From Polyangiaceae bacterium (GTDB taxonomy: Bacteria > Myxococcota_A > Polyangia > Polyangiales > Polyangiaceae): DNA of 64,000 bases. Location: NCBI GenBank assembly GCA_044376115.1, contig JBILLK010000007.1:32001-96000 (forward strand), in the 5' to 3' direction. Numbering within the stretch: the stretch's first letter is position 1; every line of letters starts with the position of its first letter. The notes under the pieces are model-generated. The model searched no databases and was not told the origin of the DNA. It was given only the letters and a program-made list of their open reading frames with translations. Below are positions 1 to 7,954 of the stretch, in pieces. The position numbers were made by a program, and so were the translations under genes.

Positions 1-296
1 CGACAGAAAGCTGCTTGTCACGGGGCCTCGAGGGGGCAACATGGGCGGTCCGAGCGTTCTACTACTCGACCTCGCTCCGCGCGAACCACTTTCACGGCAT
101 GAGGCGCCAGCACCTCGAACCACTGATTCGTGGCACCGCCAACGGTAACGAGCATGTTTGTGGTCCTCGCTCCGTCCAATCCACAAGTCATTCTGCTACT
201 CCCACCGCCTTCGTCGGTTACGATGCCGTTCCTCTGCAAGCCGATCGCCAAGTGACAAAAACGCCAGCCAGCGCAACGCCATTCCACCGAAGGTGG

Positions 297-1763
297 ATGC
301 AGCGAACAGAAGGACCCGTGCCCTCCTCAAAAGCAGCGGCCGGAGGCCCGAATGGTGCTTCGGCTACGCACGGGGCCTTCCCAGTCTTTGTCAGCGGCGG
401 CTTGAGCCGTCCTCTGCTGGTGACGCTGGTGGTCGCGCTGTTACTGCACGCCCCGGCGATGTCCTTCACCAGCCTGTTTCGCTGGAGCAGCGACGACGAG
501 TCGGACGACGACTCCGAGCTGGTGGTGCCGGTGGACCTCGATTTCCAGGAGATCGACGTCGAAAAGCCGAAGCCGCAGGAGACGGCCAAGGTGCCGCCCC
601 CCGAGCCGAAGCCCGAAGCCAAGCCGGAGCCCAAAGCCGAGCCGAAGCCGGAGCCGAAGCCCGAAGTGAAGCCGGAGCCCAAGGCCGAGCTGGTGGAACC
701 GCCGGCGCCGGTCGTTCCCGTCGCTCCGCCGGAACCCGCTCCGGGCGAGGGGACGCCGCTCGGCGATGAGGCGATCATTCGTAAGCTCTCGGGGTCGCAG
801 TCCAACAACGTGCAGGTGATCTTCGCCAGCACCGAGCTGCGTAAGCACCCGATCGGGCTGAAGCTCGGTGCGCTGCTCGGTGGGCACTGGCAATGGGAGG
901 ACTTCTTCCTCAAGAACGACATCGATCCAGTGCGCGACATCGACGCGGTGGTGCTGACCGGCCCGCAGTTTCGCGTCTCCAACAAAGTGCTGGCCGTCCT
1001 CAAGCTGCAAGACCCGGCCAAAATCACCAAGACGGTGGAGACGCTGGTGAAGAAGGGGAACGGGCATTGGCTCGAGAAGGCGCCGGTCAAGGCCGCCATC
1101 ACCAAAGCCGAGGGCTACGAGCGGGTGTTCGCCATCGTTCCGGAGAAGAAGCTGCTTTACATGATCCCGTCGCCCTTCCCGAGCGACCGCCAGCGCAAGA
1201 GCCTCGAAAAGAAGCCGAAACAGCTGGAAAAGCTCGAGAAGCAAGGCCAGGAGAAGCTCGACGCGCACCTGAAAAACGTAGCCAGCGGTGACTTTAAGAA
1301 GCTGGACGCCTCCACCTACGCGATCGACGCGTACATGGTCGAGCCGTTCAAGTTGGTCGGCCACAAAGGCAGCGAGGGCCGCATCGATTTGGGCTTTCCG
1401 CTCGGCGAAATCGAGCTGATTCCGCGAACGCTGAAGCGAGCCCGTCTGCGGCTCAAGATCGAGCCCAGCGGCGGCGTGAAGCTCTCGATCGACGCGCTCT
1501 CGGAGAGCAGCGAACAAGCGGCGAAGGACGCGGCCTTGCTCAACTCCCTCCTGCCGATGGCTCGCACCGCGGCCGCGCTCGAGTTCAAAATCGATCTACC
1601 CGAGTTCAGCTTCATCGTGAAAGACCGTTCGATCCTCGCCGAAGTTGCGGTCTCCGACGCCTTCTTGCAACGCGCCCTCGAGCTTGGCCAGGCCGCCGTC
1701 GAGAAAGACCGAGCCATCGCCGCCGAGCGGGCGGCCAAGCCGCCCAGCCCGCCGGGCAAGTGA
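297..1763 (+). CDS. Hypothetical membrane-anchored protein with Pro/Lys/Glu-rich (EPKP)n linker
   Basis: Long ORF 15..1763 with a hydrophobic segment LLVTLVVALLLH, EPKP repeats at about 600-690, then a globular domain. Start uncertain; ATG 297 chosen. Confidence 0.7.
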   Translation: MQRTEGPVPSSKAAAGGPNGASATHGAFPVFVSGGLSRPLLVTLVVALLLHAPAMSFTSLFRWSSDDESDDDSELVVPVDLDFQEIDVEKPKPQETAKVPPPEPKPEAKPEPKAEPKPEPKPEVKPEPKAELVEPPAPVVPVAPPEPAPGEGTPLGDEAIIRKLSGSQSNNVQVIFASTELRKHPIGLKLGALLGGHWQWEDFFLKNDIDPVRDIDAVVLTGPQFRVSNKVLAVLKLQDPAKITKTVETLVKKGNGHWLEKAPVKAAITKAEGYERVFAIVPEKKLLYMIPSPFPSDRQRKSLEKKPKQLEKLEKQGQEKLDAHLKNVASGDFKKLDASTYAIDAYMVEPFKLVGHKGSEGRIDLGFPLGEIELIPRTLKRARLRLKIEPSGGVKLSIDALSESSEQAAKDAALLNSLLPMARTAAALEFKIDLPEFSFIVKDRSILAEVAVSDAFLQRALELGQAAVEKDRAIAAERAAKPPSPPGK

Positions 1764-1865
1764 ACGCTGCCGCGGCGCACGCCAGAAGCGGTCCTTCGGG
1801 GCCGGGCATCCGCTTCGCTACGGAATGCTCCGCGATGGAATAGGGCTCGCGCTATCGTGCGCACC

Positions 1866-2678
1866 ATGCGTCGACTCCTGCTGACCCTCCTCTCCGTCGC
1901 CTGCGCCTCCAATCCCGGATCGACCGGAAACACTCCCGACCCGACGGGCACGGCGACGAGCAGCTCGACGACCAATCCGACGACCAGCGCATCAGCGACC
2001 GTGAGCCCGATCGCAGAGAAGAAGGCGGTGGCGTGCCCGAGCGATGACGAAGCGGCGTGCAAGGCCGCCTGCGACGCAAACGATCTCGAGAGCTGTGTGC
2101 GGCTCGGAAGCATTTGGAGCTTCGGTAACGCGAACGTAAAGGCCGATCTGTCGAAGGCGCGTGAGGTCCAGGAGAAGGCGTGCGCAGGCGGCGTGGCCAA
2201 GGCTTGCTACTACGCGGGCGTGAGCTTCGAGCTGCGCTCCAAGGAGGTCGCCCGCGGCAAGGAGCTGCGAGCCAAGGGCGTCGCGGGGATGAAGGCCGCC
2301 TGTGAGGCCGACGACGCCGAGAGCTGCTCGATTTACGCGGACCTTCACGTCGCCGGCGAAGGCGTGCCGAAGGACCCAGCCAAAGAGGAGTCGCTTCGGG
2401 CTCGCGCGACCGTCCTCTACGGCAAGGCCTGCGACCGGGGCGATGGAGCGGGCTGCTTCATGTTCGGAGGCAGCCTCGTCGATGCAAAGCGCGACGCGGA
2501 GGCTGTGCAGGCGCTGACAAAGGGTTGCGAGCTCTCAGACGCGGGCTCCTGCTCACTGCTCGCAGGCTGCTACGACGAAGGCGTGGGAACCAAGGCCGAT
2601 CCGGCGAAAGCTGCGCAGCTCTTCGCCAAAGGCTGCAAGCTCGGCAACGCCGCCGCATGCGGTCGTGTCGGTAAGTAA
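1866..2678 (+). CDS. Sel1-like repeat (Cys-rich TPR) lipoprotein
   Basis: Lipobox LSVAC, Thr/Ser linker, repeated KAC..G...C..LG..Y..G.G...D...A motifs. Confidence 0.85.
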   Translation: MRRLLLTLLSVACASNPGSTGNTPDPTGTATSSSTTNPTTSASATVSPIAEKKAVACPSDDEAACKAACDANDLESCVRLGSIWSFGNANVKADLSKAREVQEKACAGGVAKACYYAGVSFELRSKEVARGKELRAKGVAGMKAACEADDAESCSIYADLHVAGEGVPKDPAKEESLRARATVLYGKACDRGDGAGCFMFGGSLVDAKRDAEAVQALTKGCELSDAGSCSLLAGCYDEGVGTKADPAKAAQLFAKGCKLGNAAACGRVGK

Positions 2679-2800
2679 CGCGACCGACGTTTGGACGGAT
2701 GTCTGGCCGCTCTGCGTAAGCGGACGCCTCAAGGCGACGAGCGTCGGGCCTCGGCGTCGATTGTTCGAATCCTTTGGACGGGGACCGGGCTTCTCCGCTC

Positions 2801-3025
2801 ATGAAACGGAACACAGCCAACTGGGATCGAATCGTGCGCGCCCTGAGCGGGGTCGCCATGCTCGTTTGTAGCGTCTTTGCGCCCCTGCCACTCGCTGTCC
2901 GCGTGCTCGCCCTCGGTATCGGGGGCAGCTACATGCTGGGGACGGCGCTCGCGGGGAGCTGTCTGGGCTACAAGTTGATGGGATTTTCGACTTGTCCGAT
3001 CGAGCAGAAGGAAAAGCTCACGTGA
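2801..3025 (+). CDS. DUF2892 (YgaP-like) small membrane protein
   Basis: MKRN...WDRIVR, two hydrophobic segments, G.C..Y..MG.STC C-terminus. Confidence 0.8.
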   Translation: MKRNTANWDRIVRALSGVAMLVCSVFAPLPLAVRVLALGIGGSYMLGTALAGSCLGYKLMGFSTCPIEQKEKLT

Positions 3026-3612
3026 ACCACGGCGACCAACTCGAGGCGGCAGCGCGAGGGGACGACGCAGCGTTGGCCGCGCTCGTTCGGAGCTACCACG
3101 ACCGCGTGTATCGCTACGGCGTCCGTGTTTGTCGCGACGGGTTCGACGCGGACGACGCCTTGCAAGAGGCCTTCACCAAGCTCGCGACGCGGCCCGACGT
3201 CGTCAAGGATCCGAGCGCCCTGTCGTGGCTGTTCACCGTCGTTCGCAACGCGTGCATGCGAATGTTGCGGCCGTTCGTGCGTGAGCGGCGGACGCTAGGT
3301 GAACGCGTCGAGGAGACGCAGGAAATCGCGTCCGAAGCGCTGGATCCGGAGAGGGCGCTCGAGCGTCAACGAATCGTTCACGCGGTACACGACGCGATCG
3401 CGACGCTGTCGCGGCCCTCCCGCGAAGTGCTCGTGATGCGCGACCTCGAGGGGCTCAGCGGCCCCGAGACCTGCGTCTCCCTCGGGCTGACGGAGGCGAC
3501 GATGAAGACGCGGCTGCACCGAGCGAGAACCGAGCTCCGACGCGAGCTCGAGCGCGCAGGCGCGGCACCTTGTCGGCCGAGGGCCACCGGAAGTTCGCCA
3601 GCAAGAGCCTGA
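3022..3612 (+). CDS. ECF-family RNA polymerase sigma factor
   Basis: Region 2 DADDALQEAF...SWLFTVVRN and region 4 REVLVMRDLEGLS...MKTRLHRAR. GTG start overlaps the upstream stop (GTGA). Confidence 0.9.
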   Translation: MNHGDQLEAAARGDDAALAALVRSYHDRVYRYGVRVCRDGFDADDALQEAFTKLATRPDVVKDPSALSWLFTVVRNACMRMLRPFVRERRTLGERVEETQEIASEALDPERALERQRIVHAVHDAIATLSRPSREVLVMRDLEGLSGPETCVSLGLTEATMKTRLHRARTELRRELERAGAAPCRPRATGSSPARA

Positions 3613-3632
3613 GCGGCGTCACAGAACGGCCG

Positions 3633-4646
3633 TCAGAAGGCGTAAAAGTCTTCGGGGATCGTCTCGGTGGGGCGCCAGTCGATCTCGCCAGCTTCCGCAC
3701 CTTTGTATTGGAGGAAGGCGTTGGCGGCGAGCTCCTTGTCGAGGCTGGGCCGCTTGCGCGCGGCGGCGCCAATCCATTGGTTGGCACGGGCGGGTTCGAA
3801 TTCGGCGGCGCGGGTGAGCCCGAGCAAGAGCACCAGCAGGTGTTTGCAAGGGCTTCCGTTCAACCCCAGGCAGCTCTCGAGATCGGGCTGGGAGCAGCCA
3901 TAGCGGCCGTCGGCGCGCAGCCACGGTGCATACACGGTACCGACGCCGGTCTGGCTGCGCACGACGCCGCAGAGCACATCGTCATCAAGCTTGGCGTAAA
4001 GACGGAAGCGCTCGCCCTGGAGCATCTTGAGCGCGCGCTTGAGCTTGGCGTGGTCGAGCGCGCCGTAAAGGTTGCTGAGGAAGGTCGCGAAGTCGAGCGA
4101 GCCGCCCTGCGAGCGCTCGGCGCGCATCACGTCGAGAAATTGCGCCTCGTCGAGCACGCGGAGCTTGGCGCCCGCGGCGCTGAGCTCCTTCACGGTGCGC
4201 TCCGCCTCGGTCTTGCCCTTGGCGCGCTTGCCGCCGAAGACCGCGTAGTCAAGCTCGGCGTCGAGCGTGGGCCGCGTGACGCAACCCGCGGCCTCGACCA
4301 TCTTGTGGAGCAGCGCGTGGTCGCTCTCGTTCGGGGTGCAGCAGGCGAAGCCGCCGGCGAAGTGGAAGCTCTTGCCAGCGAGCGCCGCGCGCACGAGCTC
4401 GCGCAAGGCGACCTCGTCGAGCACGGCGAGCTTGCCCTGCTTGGCAAGCCGATCGGCCCTGGTCTTGGCCTCGGCGCGCCCCGCCGCGCGGCCCTCACCG
4501 ACGATGACGTAGTCGGCGTCGTCGCCGATGTCGTGGACCACGAGCGCGCCGAGCTGCTTGACGAGCTCGAGCGGCGCGCCGCCGTAGCCGGCCCAGCGTT
4601 GGAATTTGCCGACGAAGCAGCAGCGCTTTCCGAGGAGCGGATTCAC
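3633..4646 (-). CDS. Tandem BRCT domains fused to a SWIM-like Zn-finger domain
   Basis: Two BRCT-like units (GKRCCFVGKF...DYVIVG...VLDE; GKSFHFAGGF...DYAVFG...VLDEAQF), then C-x7-C-x7-CKH. Probable GTG start at 4646. Confidence 0.75.
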   Translation of the reverse strand: MNPLLGKRCCFVGKFQRWAGYGGAPLELVKQLGALVVHDIGDDADYVIVGEGRAAGRAEAKTRADRLAKQGKLAVLDEVALRELVRAALAGKSFHFAGGFACCTPNESDHALLHKMVEAAGCVTRPTLDAELDYAVFGGKRAKGKTEAERTVKELSAAGAKLRVLDEAQFLDVMRAERSQGGSLDFATFLSNLYGALDHAKLKRALKMLQGERFRLYAKLDDDVLCGVVRSQTGVGTVYAPWLRADGRYGCSQPDLESCLGLNGSPCKHLLVLLLGLTRAAEFEPARANQWIGAAARKRPSLDKELAANAFLQYKGAEAGEIDWRPTETIPEDFYAF

Positions 4647-4707
4647 GCGGTCAATGTACCAGGCGTTGCGCACTGACAAGCGGCGAAACCTCGCTATCAT
4701 GCCGGCC
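4647..4707. promoter_or_regulatory. Compact divergent promoter pair, probably leaderless on both strands
   Basis: + strand: CTGACA (4673-78), 16 nt, TATCAT (4695-4700), 7 nt, GTG 4708. - strand: extended -10 TGG-TACATT (4661-4653), 6 nt, GTG 4646. Confidence 0.5.
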
Positions 4708-5175
4708 GTGGCCGACCTAAAGTCCTTCGTCGCGAAGCTGAACAAAGCCGCCGATCCATCAAAGATGCAGAAGGCGTCCACGATGCTGAAGGCCGACCGC
4801 TTTCAGCTGTTCTCGGAGATCACACCCGAGCACGTGGTCGGCGTAGTCAAGAGCCAGACCGACGCCGACCTCGTTTACTCCTGCCGCTTGGCCTCGGGCG
4901 GCTCGTACGCCTGCTGCACGCAGAACCTCAACGTGTGCGGCGGCCTGCGCGGCAGCTTGTGCAAGCACCTGCTCGTGCTCCTCGTCGGGCTGGTGCAAGG
5001 CGGCGACCTCGATGCGCAGACGGCCGAGCGTTGGGTCGTCTCGGCGCAGAAGAAGAAGCCGGTGCTCGACAAGGACGTGATGAGCGAGATCTTCATCCGC
5101 TACAAGGGCGCCCAGGCCGGCGAGATTGACTGGCGCCCGACCGAGACGATCCCCGAGGACTATTACGCCCTCTAG
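4708..5175 (+). CDS. Stand-alone SWIM-like Zn-finger protein, paralog of the C-terminal domain of 3633-4646
   Basis: YSC...YACC-x6-C-x7-CKHLLVLL and C-terminus GEIDWRPTETIPEDYYAL. Start is GTG 4708 or ATG 4699. Confidence 0.8.
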   Translation: MADLKSFVAKLNKAADPSKMQKASTMLKADRFQLFSEITPEHVVGVVKSQTDADLVYSCRLASGGSYACCTQNLNVCGGLRGSLCKHLLVLLVGLVQGGDLDAQTAERWVVSAQKKKPVLDKDVMSEIFIRYKGAQAGEIDWRPTETIPEDYYAL

Positions 5176-5185
5176 GCTCGCACCC

Positions 5186-6742
5186 GTGGCGGACCTCAGC
5201 CGAGCCGTAGCGCAGGAGATCACCACGTCGATCGAGGTGCTGCGCGGCGCGCTGGAGGATTTGATGGTGCGCGGCGTGCGCGTGGCCTCGGCCGACGACG
5301 TGCGTGCGCTCGCTTCGCTGGCGGAGGATCTGCGCGGCGCAGGCGCGACGCATTTGGCCGAGCGGGTGGAGGGGACGCTCCTCGCCGTGAAGGCCTCGCG
5401 AAGCGACGCCGCTCAGCTGTTGATGCGCGCCATGGCCAGCCTGCGCGTGTACGAGCGCGTGCTTTCGCTACGCGTGGCCGCGACCGAGATCGAGCTGGCT
5501 TTCGCCGCCGCCGACGAGGACGAGGACGACGAGGAGGGCGATGAGGACGGCGACGAGGAGGGCGATGAGGACGAGGGCCCCGCCGTCAGCGCGCCCGACC
5601 GAGTGGCGGTCCAAACCCAGCTGCCGCCGCTCGATCTCGACCGAAAGGGCGCGCTGCCGGTGGCCGAGGGCATCGTCGCGGCGACCGAGGAGCTGCTCGC
5701 TGCGGGGCTCACGGCGGTCTCGGAGGCGACGCGCAGCAAGCTCGATTTCGTGACCAAGGAGGCCTCACGCCTGAAGCTCGCCCGGATCGCGGCCGCGCTG
5801 AAGTACGGGAGCGACGAGCTCGGGCGCTACCTGGCCAAGAGCGACTCGTTCTCCAAGCGCCGCTATGCCTTCTTCACCGGGCGCGCCTGGCTGCTCGGCC
5901 GCTCGCTGGCGACGGCCCTCCGAGCGGGCGACGACGCGATGATCGCGCGCCTCTTGCTTTCCCCAGCGCCGGTGATGGTGCCGCGGATCGAGCTGGTCAC
6001 GCTGGGAATCGGCAAACGCGTCGCCATCGGTACGCAGGTGGCCTTCGAGCTGCGCCTGCGCCCGACGCACCCGGTGCCCGGTTTTGTCACGCCGCCACGC
6101 CTTGTCTGGTCGGTGGTGTTCGCCTACCGCGAGGGCATCCCGGCCGAGGCCTTCCTGCACCTGCCACAGCCGCAGAAGTTCCAGGCGCGCTCCTTCTTGG
6201 AGAAGAGGGCCGTCGTGCTCGAGAACGTGGCCTTGGCGCCCGACGATAGCGGCGGCGCGCGGCTGATCCTGGGGCCCAAGACGACGCTGACCGTGGCGGG
6301 CGACGCGTTCAAGGCCTGGGACGGTCACTACGACTGGGACGTCGAGCGCGCGATCGCACGTGTGCGCGCGCACGGCGTGTCGCCCCTCGATCTCGAGGTG
6401 GAGCTGCACGAGGAGGTGCTGCTCGAGGGCTATGCCATCGGCGCGCCCACGCTGCGCGAGGACCGCGGCCAATACGTGTACCCGACGCAGCACGGACGGA
6501 CGACGCTGGATCTGATCGTCTCCTCCGGGCCGGACGGCAAGGAGCTGCGCGCGGCGATGGACGCGCTGCGCGACGCCTCTGCGACGTCGAGCCCGCCGCC
6601 GCTGTTCGGCGTGATGCACTATGAGCTCGGCGCCCTGGTGGTGCAGCCGCTTGCGACGCTGGGTCCCGACGGCCCCAATTATCTACCCATCTCCAACGAG
6701 CGGATCGATCCCGCGACGCTGCTCAAGTCCATCAAGTTCTGA
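5186..6742 (+). CDS. Hypothetical protein with two helical repeats resembling YehQ-type C-terminal regions, joined by an acidic linker
   Basis: Internal repeat LEDLMVRGV...GATHLA / TEELLAAGL...KLARIA, linker DEDEDDEEGDEDGDEEGDEDEG. In an operon with the MoxR gene. Confidence 0.75.
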   Translation: MADLSRAVAQEITTSIEVLRGALEDLMVRGVRVASADDVRALASLAEDLRGAGATHLAERVEGTLLAVKASRSDAAQLLMRAMASLRVYERVLSLRVAATEIELAFAAADEDEDDEEGDEDGDEEGDEDEGPAVSAPDRVAVQTQLPPLDLDRKGALPVAEGIVAATEELLAAGLTAVSEATRSKLDFVTKEASRLKLARIAAALKYGSDELGRYLAKSDSFSKRRYAFFTGRAWLLGRSLATALRAGDDAMIARLLLSPAPVMVPRIELVTLGIGKRVAIGTQVAFELRLRPTHPVPGFVTPPRLVWSVVFAYREGIPAEAFLHLPQPQKFQARSFLEKRAVVLENVALAPDDSGGARLILGPKTTLTVAGDAFKAWDGHYDWDVERAIARVRAHGVSPLDLEVELHEEVLLEGYAIGAPTLREDRGQYVYPTQHGRTTLDLIVSSGPDGKELRAAMDALRDASATSSPPPLFGVMHYELGALVVQPLATLGPDGPNYLPISNERIDPATLLKSIKF

Positions 6743-6752
6743 GAGACCCAAC

Positions 6753-7952
6753 ATGGCCAAAGCGAAGACCTCGAAAGACGTGACGGACAAAGGCGGCCCC
6801 GACGGCCAGAGCAGCGAGGGCAGCGCCGACACTGACGCCAGCGTGCTGCGTGCGCCGGCCGAGATCCGCTACAGGGACCAGCTCGAGGCGCTGCGTCAGA
6901 GCGATCCCGACACGCCTCCCTCGTCGTGGAAGCTCTCGCCACGGCAAGTGCTGGCCTACGTCACCGGCAGCAAGAAGCCGATCAAGGCGACGATCGACGG
7001 CCAGCCGCGCGAAATCGCCATCACGCGCAAGTTCTTCGGTGACGACAGCATCGTCGAGCGCTCGATCGTCACCTTGGCCTCCGAACGCGCGCTCTTGCTC
7101 GTGGGCGAGCCCGGCACCGGCAAGAGCTGGCTCTCCGAGCACCTGGCGGCGGCGATCAGCGGCTGTTCGACGCTGACGGTGCAAGGCACCGCCGGCACCA
7201 CCGAGGAGCACGTCAAATACTCGTGGAACGTCGCGCGGGTGATCGCCGAGGGCCCGCGCAGCGAGAATCTGATCCCGTCGCCGACGATGGTGGCGATGCG
7301 CAGCGGCGGCCTGTTGCGCTTCGAGGAGATCACGCGCTGCGTGACCGACGTGCAGGACTCGCTGGTGTCGATCCTGTCGGATAAGGCCATCGCCGTACCC
7401 GAGCTGCCCGACGCCAACATGATTTGGGCCAAGCCTGGCTTCAACGTGATCGCCACGGCCAACACGCGCGACCAGGGCGTGAACGAGCTGTCCGCCGCGC
7501 TGAAGCGACGCTTCAACTACGTGTACATCCCGGTCGTCGCCGATCAAAAGACCGAGGTCGAGATCGTGCGCCAACGGTCGAACGAGCTGCTTGCCCGCTA
7601 CGACATCCCCACGCGCATGGAGGAGCCGGTGCTCGCGCTGCTGGCCACGGTGTTCCGCGAGATCCGTCAGGGCGTGACCGCCGATGGGCAGAGCGTGCAG
7701 AAGCCGACGACGACGCTCTCGACAGCGGAGGCCATCGGCGTCGCGCTCGACTCGGCGATCCACGCGCGCTACTTCGGCTCCGGTAGCGTCGGCGCCGGCG
7801 ACATCGCGCGCAACATGGTGGGCTCGATCGTCAAGGAGGACCGCGCTGACTTAGCGGTGCTCAAGGAGTACGTGAACCTGGTGGCGAAGAAGCGCGCTGC
7901 CAGTGATCCGGAGTGGAAGGCGTTCTACGAAGCGGCCACCAAGGCCCTCTAA
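6753..7952 (+). CDS. MoxR-family AAA+ ATPase, YehL type
   Basis: Walker A GEPGTGKSWLSEHL, Walker B RFEEITR, ATAN.RD.GVNELSAALKRRF, LSTAEAI. Confidence 0.92.
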   Translation: MAKAKTSKDVTDKGGPDGQSSEGSADTDASVLRAPAEIRYRDQLEALRQSDPDTPPSSWKLSPRQVLAYVTGSKKPIKATIDGQPREIAITRKFFGDDSIVERSIVTLASERALLLVGEPGTGKSWLSEHLAAAISGCSTLTVQGTAGTTEEHVKYSWNVARVIAEGPRSENLIPSPTMVAMRSGGLLRFEEITRCVTDVQDSLVSILSDKAIAVPELPDANMIWAKPGFNVIATANTRDQGVNELSAALKRRFNYVYIPVVADQKTEVEIVRQRSNELLARYDIPTRMEEPVLALLATVFREIRQGVTADGQSVQKPTTTLSTAEAIGVALDSAIHARYFGSGSVGAGDIARNMVGSIVKEDRADLAVLKEYVNLVAKKRAASDPEWKAFYEAATKAL

Positions 7953-7954
7953 TC

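Noticed and set aside
1..290. Possible minus-strand gene start or extended N-terminus of the first ORF
   Set aside because: No recognisable motif, and the window edge prevents assessment.
1804..1830. CGGAATGCTC half-site matching the array palindrome
   Set aside because: A single 10-bp match inside an intergenic hairpin; compatible with chance.
3570..4676. Long antisense and alternative-frame ORFs (also 7949-9625, 21574-23541, 36653-38248, 58474-60186)
   Set aside because: Shadow ORFs typical of high-GC coding DNA, lying opposite well-supported genes.
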